A DNA stretch of 64,000 nucleotides from Dimorphilus gyrociliatus (taxonomy: Eukaryota; Animalia; Annelida). Shown piece by piece: positions 24,023 through 36,830 of the stretch (positions are counted from its first letter, which is position 1; every line of letters begins with the position of its first letter). The position numbers were made by a program, and so were the translations under genes. Below the pieces are notes generated by a model. It did not search any database, was not told where the DNA came from, and saw only the letters and a list, made by a program, of their open reading frames with translations. The DNA lies in assembly GCA_904063045.1 (NCBI GenBank), contig CAJFCJ010000010.1, positions 1,426,001 through 1,490,000 on the forward strand, given 5' to 3'.

Positions 24023-25378
24023 AACAGAATTGAGCTATGATAAAATTTAAAATGATTGATATAGATGATAGCAGGGGCGTGAGGAAAATTACCACTACTT
24101 CAATTTATATTAAAGATATATCAGTCAGGATTGCGTAAGCTAATAATTTCGAAATGTATGACATTAAAATAAACGCGCGAAAACTTAAAACAAAATAGGC
24201 AAAACATTATTTTAATGGTGATATCAGTTTTTATTGATGGTTTCAAATTACAAACCATACAAACTCCATTGAAATTATCCCTTTGAAGTGCGATACTATA
24301 TCGTTTCAAACAGTTCTAAAAGCTTGTAAAAACAATAATAAAACATAAAATTTTATCTAAAAAAGAATTTCCCAGAGAGAACAATAGTATTATTTACTCT
24401 TTTAGAGAAATTGCATAACATAAAGTTATACTATTGACAGTAAACTTTACAAAACAAGAAAATGGCTGCCAGTCTTTCAACACAAGATTTTAGGTTTTCT
24501 ACATATCGATATACTTAATCACTATTGTCTAAAATATTTAAAGTATTTGTTATTCTTAATTTGAATTGTTAAAATCATAAACCTAGTTGTTTCATAAAAC
24601 TTTAAAAAAACAGTTGCAACTTGTCTTATAATTCAAAATGGTGGATTCCATATGATTGGTGACTGGATGAACTATTGAACTACGTAAAGAAGAGGAAAGT
24701 ATTTATAATATATATTCTTAGTTTAAAACATTAAAGTCAGAATTTTGATCCCCAAAATTGACCTATATTAAAAATATATGTCCTTAGTTTAAAGTATTAA
24801 AGTCAAATTTTGACTATCAGAAGGCCTGTAGTTGAAATATTAACAAAAACAAGTTAATGTTTACTAAAGTTTTAATAATATAATAGTTGTCCTATTCTAT
24901 GTAGTTGTTATGTATAATCAGTTATTCTAACCTATACATAGAGATTATTGTTAATAGTTAATTTTGGCAGTTTAACGAATTTGACAGAAATATAGAAGTA
25001 TCTTGTAGGATCATCTTTAAGTTAATGTGTTTTGAAATCAAAATTAAACTTATTTAAAAGTAAGCTTAGATATGTGAATTACCAGTTTCTATTTGTATAT
25101 TCACCTTGAACTTGAAATACGTGTCATAAGACTAACCCTAAATTTATTATCTACGATTAACCTTGCGAAATATACAAACAGGCTTAGAAGAAGATAATAA
25201 ATCAACAAGTTTAATCAGCTTATTGAAGAATTTAAAGTTTTTCTAATTAAGTAATAAATGTTAAAACCATAAGGTAAAATCTTACTGAGAGCAATTAAAC
25301 TGGAATTTTATAGCGTTTTTGGAAAATTTACAACTGCATAACCTTCCACAAACAGATTATAGTATCCCAAAGGAAAGG

Positions 25379-26889
25379 ATGCTGGACTTTGCAATATTTG
25401 CGGTCACTTTTGTTGTGGCACTAATTGCAGCTGCCTTTTATTTATATCCTGTAAGTACTCAATCTAAACCATAGTTAAAATCTTTGATAATTACTATTAT
25501 CACTCTTATAGGGATCGAGAAAAATTACAACAGTTCCTGGTCCGGATTCTTCAGATGAAAAGTATATTATCAATTGGAATTTATAATTATAGTGCCATTC
25601 TATTATTTGTCTATTTTTCCTTTGAAATTAGGTATGGAAACATTCCAGATATTACAAAACATGGCAGCATGTTCGAGTTCTTAAAAGCACAACATAATAA
25701 ATATGGTAGAATTATGTCATTTTGGTTTTATGAGCAACTGGTTGTCAGTATTTACGGACCGGAATTATTTAAAGAATGTTCAGCTTTGTTCGATCTTCCG
25801 AAGAGATTATTTTCTCTATTTCAACCACTTATCACAGAGCATTCTATCAATTTGACTAATGGAGCAGAAGCACGAAGACGACATAAATTATATTCGAAAG
25901 TTCTACAGAATCCAACAGCCTTGCGTAAATACCTCGATATAATTAATGATGAATGCAGAAGAAATTCGGAAACATTAAGGGAGGTACCAGAGGATGAACA
26001 TATTTCTTTGCTTAATAGCTCAATAGTATTATCATCAAGAATGAGTTATCGTCTTCTATTTGGTTTTGATAAATCAGCTGAAGAGGGTAGAAGATTAACG
26101 GAAAATTATCGATTCATATGGGACTATTTGGAGAAATCTCTATCCCCAAACTTTATGCAAGATACTGAACAATTCGAAAGACGAAAGAACGAAGTTCACG
26201 CCGCTGTTAAAAATTCTCTGGAAAATAGAGTTGGAAAAGGAGATGGGTTATTTGTCGATGTTTTACTTGAAAATGTAGAAGAAAAAGAAGTTCAAATTGC
26301 CGATGCTGTGACAATGTTAGTTGGCGGTTTACATACTACTGGTACAACAATTACTTGGGCTTTATACTTTCTAATGACAAATCCTAGAGTTAAAGAAACC
26401 TTAATGAGGGAGATATTTGATGTTCTTGGAGATGACCCAATAGATTTTGAGAAATTTAATCAGCTCACTTATGTTAAAAACGTTATTAAAGAAACACTCA
26501 GACTGTCTAAATTAGCAACATGGTCTGGCAGAATATCTAATGTTGAAATCACTTTGGGCGGACACAAAATACCTCCCAATACACCAATAATGATTGCTAA
26601 CGCTGTTAGCCATGATTCGGAAGAAATTTGGAAAGATAAGGATCAATTCATGCCAGAACGATTTGACGAAAACGTCGAACCATTTCAATTTGAACCCTTC
26701 GGTTTTGCTGGAAAGCGAAAATGTCCTGGACATAAATTAAGTATGTTGGAAATGACTGTGTCTCTTACAACTTTACTAAGAGATTTCGAATGGTCTTTAG
26801 TTCCTGGACATGAGAAAGTTGGCTTCAAATTTGGTCTTGTTACTATACCAGACAAAGAAATTTGGGTAACAATAAAGCCAAGAAAGTAA
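25379..26889 (+). CDS. CYP20A1: Cytochrome P450 family 20 (CYP20A1-like)
   Basis: N-terminus MLDFAIFAVTFVVALIAAAFYLYP is essentially the CYP20A1 anchor. ExxR (ETLR), PERF and heme motif FGFAGKRKCPG are present. Two short 5' introns precede one ~1.26 kb exon. Confidence 0.9.
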
Positions 26890-28280
26890 ATAATCGTAGA
26901 ATGGTTTCTTTTTCTAAAAAAAACATATTTTATATATAGTTTAACAAGCTTAGCAAATATAAAAACTTTTACCCATCAATGATTCTCTCTAAATAATTCA
27001 TAATTTGAACAGATCATACACGTTGTTTATAAGTAGATTTTTGTGACGGCCTTTAGGATTTCCGATTATATCTCTTTTCTCTTAAGAGGGGCGGTCAGAA
27101 TTGTTTTCTCCCTAAATTCTCAAGGTCTTTTTTTCTCGATATTCTAGGAAAATCGTCTGTGAACTCATAAACGACCATTCTGTGTTTGTTGTTGTTTGAA
27201 AAGTGACAGCTATTGTTTAATTCATATACTAATATTATTTATAAAGAATTGTGTAAAAGAATTTTTGAGATCAATTTTTATAGCAGTCTTTTATCATTTT
27301 CTATAATTCATACTCTTTGGATAACTGCGCTGGATAGGTTGTAACACATGAATAAAGCATAGTGTACTACACGCATTTATAGAGTAGGAAAAAAAATCGA
27401 CAGATTGATATTGTTAGAATAGGAGCACATGTTAGAGATTGCTATTGGTATAAAGTAAAATATAGGTTATGTTCATAACTTTACATACTTGTAAATTTTA
27501 CATTCTTTATTATATGTTATAGTTTATCTTGAGAATGATTCAAACAAAATCAGAGCTATTTGCGTTTTTCGGACACTGTTGGTGGCAAATTTTATGAGTT
27601 TGATATTATATCTTATCTTTTAATGTATAATTTTTTAACGCTCTAATCTGTTCTAATAAGCCAGCTGGAATTTTTATAGATCATCACTGGTTTTCTTTTT
27701 ACAGGATGTCTATAAATATGATCTTTAATTCATTTAATAATTGATGGAATAGGTAATATAAAAGGCTTCTTTTACCGATTTTATCTTTAAGACAGTTAAT
27801 TGATATAACAGTTTATACATAATCAAAACAGGATATTTTACTGTCCTCAATGTAAGGATTTCTTACAGTACGGTCGCTAGAGAATGAAAGATTGAGTGGA
27901 CTGTGAAGTTTGCAAAGGAATTTTTAGGGCGTGGAAAGGGAATTCAAAACGTTGGCCACACATATGGCCTAGTGCAAGGACTAGCCTTGATATTGCTGAT
28001 AAATCGATGTGTTGCTTAAAGGCAGTTTTTGAATGAAAGACATAGTATATTTAATAAACGCGAGTTGAGTTAGAACTCATGAAGTTTTTAAAGCGTGCAG
28101 TAATACATTAAATGCTTCATAAATTATGATATTCTTTTTATATAACTAAAGAAAACATAACTGCTAAGCAAAATATGCCGATAATAATATAAATTCGCTT
28201 TATAGCATGGCGATTCTGCAAGGTTAGATAATTTCTCGACTCGTCATTTATTAAATAAACGCATACTCCTTATCTTCATT

Positions 28281-28921
28281 TTATTTACCATCAACTTGCT
28301 TAAAACTGATAATTTTTTCTTCTCCACAAGCCATCAGAACAGTGATCATGATATCCTTGTCGGTATTATTATCATGAGCTTTCTGGAGCTCACTGCACAA
28401 GTCATCAGGAACTTTCAAATCCTCTCTAGTATCCCCACTATCGGTCATCAAAGTTAGAAAGTTGTCGTCTCCTATATTAATTAGCTGAAATAAAAAAAAA
28501 GTATTAACAATCGTTCTCAGTACAAATCAATATTGATATGCAAGTGACAATCCCATTTTGAATAACAATTGGGTTCTAGCCAAACTAGAAAGGGAAGTTT
28601 GTAATGATAGCTGTACGTGCTTTCAAATTGTAGACTACCACGTGGTCTACTTACCGAATAAGTATCACGTCTAACATTGGGCACTTCCATGTTGTGGGTC
28701 GAAGGGCAGATATCTTCGTGTTTCTTGTTAGTGAAAATATCTAATCCAACCAAGTGAACTTTGGCATGACCGTGTTTTCCGGTTTTCGAAGTCGACATTT
28801 CAACAATTTTGCATGGTCTTCCCTTCAGCATGACGTGACCGTTTTTACGTAGTGCAGAACATTGCATTGGGTAAGTTTGCGAAGCTCCAGAGTGGGCTTG
28901 TTCAAATTCTTCATCAGCCAT
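28281..28921 (-). CDS. EIF5A: Eukaryotic translation initiation factor 5A (canonical)
   Basis: [59 protein letters not shown]. Intron 28654-28485. Exon 2 [26 protein letters not shown]...KQVDGK*. Confidence 0.97.
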
Positions 28922-29396
28922 TTCTTTGTTTTAACTGGAAGAACCCGAAAGATATTGATTTAAAATTTTATTTTTTCGAAAATTGTCACATGGCATTCCG
29001 CCATTTTTACCGCATGTATACTTTAAATATCACATTTGGCACAGGCACAATTTAAGTATTATATAATAGATGTTAAATACGCGTGAAAACAAGTTCTTAA
29101 CGCCTACAAACTTAGTTTAAAGTGTGGTAATTCTCAAAAAAACTCAAAAACTTTCTTACTTGATGATTTTCCAATGAAGAAGAAACGTGAAAGGACGAAA
29201 GTAGTTCGAACAAGTAATGTATTGATGCGCATTTCCTGTTTAAAAAATTACGAGATTTCGAAATAATTTTCCCTTAATTCTGTATAATTGAAAAAATCAC
29301 TTTTCTTAATATTAAATAAATATTTTCTTCTACGAACATAATTATATTCACTGCAACCGTGGTTTTCTCTGTAAGGGTGAAGGACGTGACTTATCA

Positions 29397-31124
<1,728 letters not shown>

Positions 31125-31202
31125 CTCAAAAAAATTCTTTAATTTTTTGTTTGTATTATCAATGCCACGCAACTAAATAGGTAGAAAAAAAATTTAATGT
31201 CC

Positions 31203-33243
31203 CTAGGCTTCTTTCAAAGACGATAGTCCGGCTCTCATAATTTCATCTACCAATAAAAGATTGCTGGCTATAACAGTGCTGTAAATAAAAGATTTGAATT
31301 TAAAATTTAGTAATAAACATTATTAACTAGTACATTCAGATTTTTAATACGAATGGGCTTGTTTAGCCAAGCCCTTATTTCACTATGCGCTTAGAGATAG
31401 GCAACAAATCAATAATTTTAAAACTTACCAAGAATTCAATATCTGCCTCTTAACTCGGTAATTGTCATAGATTCCTGCATCGCTAGGTATCAAAGTTTCT
31501 CCGGTCAGTAAATCTAACCCAACATTCCATCCGCCTTTCTCTTGTCCCTCTTGTATTTTTAGAATACTGTCTTGAAGATCCAATCCAGCGTTTTGGGCTA
31601 GGGTCTTTGGTATAACAAGTAGTGCATCAGCGAAGGCCTGTACGCCAAGTCTAGCTCTGCCCTTTACGGAATTCTTGAATTTTACTAAATCTGTGCTAGC
31701 GGCAACTTCAAAAGCTCCAGCACCGGGAACAACACATTTATCCTCTATAGCATTTGTTACGGCTCTTAGACCATCCCGTAGTGCATCCTTAATTTGAACA
31801 ATTGTATGCTTGTTCGGACCCTTCACTAGAAGGGTAACTGATTTAGGTTTCTTGGATGTTTCAACAAAGGTGAATTTCTCTTCTCCCAGTACTACTTCGT
31901 AAACGAGATCGGCGTATCCCAGATTTTCTGGGACAAGATCATCAACAGAATTCATAGCTATTCCTCCACAAGCTAATTGTAATCTTTCCATATTTCGGCG
32001 CTTAGCACGTCTTAAAGCCATTATATTTTCCTTCGCCAACAAGTCAAGAGATGGTGGGTCAATTCCTGAAATATTACAAAATATTACAGACATCTACAAA
32101 TGTTTTTTACAAGTCATTCTTATAAATTTGATGACTCATAACTTATTAGCATAGGATGGGCATACCTTTTTGATTAATGACGACAAATCCTTTGTCATTC
32201 CCGTCGCAGACTTTTCTTTTTAGTTCTATTATTTTCTTTACACGAGCATCGATGAACTCTCTTTCTGCTAATACCAATTTTTCTCGTTCTTCTGCCGATT
32301 TATAAAAGAATCCGCTGTTTACTTCTGACTTTTCGTATTCCAAGGAGACATTACAGGTTAAAATAAAGCAATTTTCCAAACGCTTAGGCATATCTGGATG
32401 ACGGGATCCATGATCCATTACGATACCTTTTACCAAAGTAGTATCCATATCTGTTTTATGTTGCATCGACATAATTTCGACCATAAAAAGATCAATAGGT
32501 GTGTTAGGCTTTTCAATTGCTAAAACAGAATCTACGACATGCTGTAAATAAAGCTCAGCGTTATAATATGAATATGATTATTCTCGTTTTTTTGGTAACT
32601 TACTTCAGTTAGAGAATCAGCAAGAGACTCGTTCAATTTTGTTCTTAAAGATGTTCTAGCAACAGAAATTAAATCTTTGCGATCTACATTGTCTTTCTTC
32701 ATAACGATTTCGTCTAAAAATTCTAGAGCTCTCTTTTTTGCGATGTCAAAACCTTCAGAAACCACTCTAGGATGTAGACCTTCGGCTATATACATTTCAG
32801 CCTGTTTTAGTAATTCGCCAACGATGAGGACGTTCGATGTAGTTCCGTCCCCTGTGATATCGTCTTGTGCTGTAGCAACACGTGCTATCAAGGCGGCGGT
32901 CGGATGTTGAATTTGCTAAAAATACTTAATTGATTAGAACGATCTACCAAGTCAGACAAAAATTTATTATAAAATATTAACCATTTCATGAAGCAAAACA
33001 TTGCCGTCTTTAGTTAATTTAATGTCACCGGCCCCGGAAACAAGCCTGCGAAATTAATAATACAGTCAAAAATAGGTATACATCAAAAACTTATCGATAA
33101 GTTTACATTTTAATTGTTCCTTTCGGCCCGAGATTCGTTCTAAGAACATCCTGAATACCTTTCGCGGCACTTAAATTGACGGCTAAAGCTTGAGAGGCTT
33201 TTACGACCTCAGCATTTGGATTCAATGCTTTCACGGCAGACAT
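31203..33243 (-). CDS. CCT6: T-complex protein 1 subunit zeta (CCT6)
   Basis: [13 protein letters not shown]...[13 protein letters not shown]; [14 protein letters not shown]; [10 protein letters not shown]; VVPGAGAFE; last exon [24 protein letters not shown]. Confidence 0.97.
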
Positions 33244-33823
33244 CTTAGATTCCAGACAGTTCTTTCGTTTCTGTTTCCGGTATGTGGTGAATGGCGCAAA
33301 ATTCAAACCGCAAAGTCACTCTGGAAAATGAAATACTGCAGTTTGCAAGCCAAAAAGAATGAAAATCAGTAACAAGGTATTTTAATTTTCTTTTATCTTG
33401 TAATAAAAAACTTTAGGACTTATTATCCAAGTTAACAAAAAAACTTTCTATTGAAATATTGTAGCAGGAATTTTTCACCTGTTGAACTACACGAAACAGA
33501 TTCGGTCAATTACATCACAAAAGACGATATCTCTATATTCTCTTTTTTTTTTGTTAAAAATATAATGCATCAAATGCAACCTTAATACGAAAAAAAAGAA
33601 AACAAAAACAACAAAATATAATTCAGGCTCTTAATTTATACGTCTTTTGATATTAGCTAGCTTATGAATAGGTGTTTGCTAATTATTCTTTTAATTTAAA
33701 GACATCAAATTTGTTGTTCAAACCTCAAACGATCTGAGAACAGGAGTTTTGTAAGAAGATTTCTTAATTTGTATGCACGTAGCTTGTGAGAAGAGAAAAT
33801 AAAACAAATATACACTATACAAG

Positions 33824-34921
33824 TCAAGAATACGTAGCAACTGGCTGTAAATTTGAGTTTGATAGTCTTCTTGGGGATGGGCATTCAACCTTAATCTTTT
33901 TCAATTTTGGCTCAATTGGAGGTTTGCAAGACAGGGATTTTTTTGCTTTCTCTGGTAAAAACTGAAAAACCTTATAAGTTTCACCGTCTTGTCGATGCAT
34001 TGCGTCTTTAATCTCGACCAAATCACTAACAGAGTTTATTGCACATCGAAAGTTTGCTTTCCATCTCTTATGGTCAGGTTTATCCTTACTTTCATTATAT
34101 TTCCCCGTATGAATAGCCCAAAGTTTAAAAAGTTCTGCATCTCCGTCGACACTAAAACCCTGCCTGGCAGCATGTTTCCACTTAACTCTAAATTTACCAT
34201 TTTCTTTATCCATCCACTGAACCCCTGAAGCGCAATTTAAATCCAGCACCTTTTTTAACCAAGGCCGAAGAGGTAATCTGTCCATCGGTCTGGGTCCACC
34301 GCATTGCATAACGTCTTCCATTTCCCGACGTAACTCATCAGAATCTTGCTTTGGCTTTATTGGAGGTTTTAAGTTGGGACAGGGGCCTAATTTTTTCATT
34401 TTTGGATACTTTGAAGATTTCACAATTTTTCGATTTGATACTCCCTCACTAAGTGACAGCAGAGCCTCGGCTGCTTCTTTTTCGGTATCTGATTCAAAAG
34501 GTGATTTTGGAGTTTGATTTTGAAAAGATGCCAATATTGATGCTGCATTAATTTCAGTTTCGGTAGATTGTTCGATATCTCGTTTTTTAGATCTTACAAA
34601 GCCCTGCTGAGGTAGGACGGATTTGGAATTTGGTGGATATTTAACCATGTTCTTTATATAATCCTTTGCCATCAGTGTGCAAAACTTTTCAGCTTTGGTT
34701 GACAAGTCCAATGGTTCAAGGGACTCTGACTGATCCTGCCGAACTTCCAAAAGCGATCCACCTCCTAATGTCTTTTGGTTACAGAACTGTTTTTTTTGTT
34801 GAATGCAGGGCAATGAACCTTTTGGATTCATAATTGGCGTCGGTATACTAAGTTTTTCCATTTTAGATAGTCCAAATTCCTCAACAACAGTAGGTATTAA
34901 GGATTTGTCGCATGTGTTCAT
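33824..34921 (-). CDS. Interferon regulatory factor (IRF1/2-like DNA-binding domain) with long N-terminal extension
   Basis: Single 365-aa ORF. Residues ~214-322 carry the five-Trp IRF domain (RPWL, QWM, KWKHAA, LWAIHTG, RWKANFRCAINS). Extra upstream exons cannot be excluded (acceptor-like AACAG just before the ATG). Confidence 0.9.
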   Translation of the reverse strand: MNTCDKSLIPTVVEEFGLSKMEKLSIPTPIMNPKGSLPCIQQKKQFCNQKTLGGGSLLEVRQDQSESLEPLDLSTKAEKFCTLMAKDYIKNMVKYPPNSKSVLPQQGFVRSKKRDIEQSTETEINAASILASFQNQTPKSPFESDTEKEAAEALLSLSEGVSNRKIVKSSKYPKMKKLGPCPNLKPPIKPKQDSDELRREMEDVMQCGGPRPMDRLPLRPWLKKVLDLNCASGVQWMDKENGKFRVKWKHAARQGFSVDGDAELFKLWAIHTGKYNESKDKPDHKRWKANFRCAINSVSDLVEIKDAMHRQDGETYKVFQFLPEKAKKSLSCKPPIEPKLKKIKVECPSPRRLSNSNLQPVATYS

Positions 34922-36830
34922 AATGATCTGTTAATGATTAAATATAAAAATTTATTATCATGAAATATTATTGAGGTAAGCTTTTCCATTATCATTCTTT
35001 ACAAATAAAGAATTTGTACTCAAATATGGATAAATTTTTACAACCAACATAAAAAGATCTAATTTATTATTGTAAAACCAATACTAAAGGTTATGTTTGG
35101 TTATATTAAAAAAAAAAAACTTGAATACTTCTTCTTTCCTCTTTAGTCAAATCAGCAAACAAGTGAAAAGAAGAGTAAATATTTTGTTTTTCCTCATGAT
35201 TTTGCAATTTTTGTTAAAATACTTGAAAAAGTCTGTTTTTTTTAATGAATATTTAAGTGATATTGAAATAAAATAAAAAAGATGAAAGTTTTTTTTATAT
35301 AAAAAAAAAGACAACTTAAATTTCTTATAGTTATTTTTATGACAATTATTACATCCTTTTTTATTGCTATTTTATATGAAGTAGTCTTCTCGTTTCCTTT
35401 CTTGACAGCTTTATGTACAGTATTGTAAACGATTCGATTTTGAAAATATACAAAGACCGACACAGACAGACTTTAACCTAATATTTTTGACATGTTCAAT
35501 ATGTTACATTAGAATGTACTACTCATAAAAATTCTATTAATAATCACCTATTTAAACTGTTGACGTTGAGAGAAGGAATGTACTATTAGGCCTAAATAAT
35601 CCGAAAATATAATGTGTTGATGCATACGCTTGGGAGGGGTAAATATAATAGAAAGTATTTATAGTGAAAAAATTTCATCCTTTATCTAATTGAAATAGTG
35701 GCAAGAACATTATTAATATCGCTGAATCATATAAGAAATTGTGGTCAGATTCACTCGGTGCAATAGTTAAAAGCAATAAATTGGATAAATGTCTACACGT
35801 GTTCGTTGCTAATATAAAACATGGCCGTCGCTACTTTCTCTTTGAAAGTGGGTCAAGGAAAATGATTTCAATTATCTCCTTTATCTAGCATGCATCAATA
35901 AATTTTTTACTTGAATTAGATATTTTCCACATAATAATGTGCAATAGACATCCTATTAATGAGTCAGTGCAACTACAAACTTAAATAAAAAGCCATGAAT
36001 TTTTTAATGAGTCAACGAAAGAACGAAGAAGGCAAAAGGGCTAAAAATCGACACTATAGACTTACCAAACTTCCATGCTAAATTTGCATATTTCTTTAGG
36101 AAATCCTCCTGGTCAAATTTTTGTATCAGGTTAATAAATAACCATAGAAAATTTGTTTTCTTCTGTAAAGTTTTATAAAGCGTACTTTTTCTTTCGATTG
36201 CGAATGCGTAGTAATATACGGACTATTTCCATGAAAGCCATGGGAGCGACTATTTTTCAAGACTACTCCTTTGACAATTATAATGGCTGAATAATACAAT
36301 TACTAACAGTGTCAATCATACTAACTATTAAATGAGTTACAAATTTTGTCAAAAGCCCATCTTATCGTCTAAGATAGTTTTAGAAAAATGGGAGAAAAGA
36401 TTAAATAAATAATTATTAATGCTAACAGTCTTACCTTAAATGTATGAGCTCGTGGAATATTGTTGTTTACCGTCAAATCTAGTATCAAGAAAACTTTTGA
36501 ATAATGTAATAAAGCAGAATCGGTAATTATTGGGATCGTATTCTAGTTATTGACCACATTGCTATTAAAATAGTTCCCTATTAAAACGACATCAACTTTT
36601 TCTTTACGTTCTTCTAGTGTTACAAATTAAAAATGGCTGTATTTTATTTATTTTAGTTAGATTTTTTAAAGCATCAATAATATATAATAATTATTTGTTT
36701 GTAGTTCGTTTTTGTATCAAAATGTAAGTTTTATGCTATTTCGATTGGTTAAAAGATATAAAGGAAAAAATATAGAGGAAGCAAGAGTGGGAGGAACTTA
36801 AAAACATAAAAATTGGGGAAGAATAAAACT

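Noticed and set aside
26950-28250. Possible hidden gene between CYP20 and eIF5A (GC-richer patches near 27060-27220 and 27850-28040)
   Set aside because: The frames I translated hit stops, and I found no phase-consistent exon chain with an ATG. More likely 3' UTR or non-coding sequence. RNA-seq would settle it.
31284-31425. CCT6 last intron (~140 bp) with GGGCTT/AAGCCC hairpin and a CTGA; vertebrate CCT6A hosts snoRNAs
   Set aside because: No convincing C box or H/ACA two-hairpin layout, and no rRNA guide I could verify. It would need snoscan, snoReport or Infernal.
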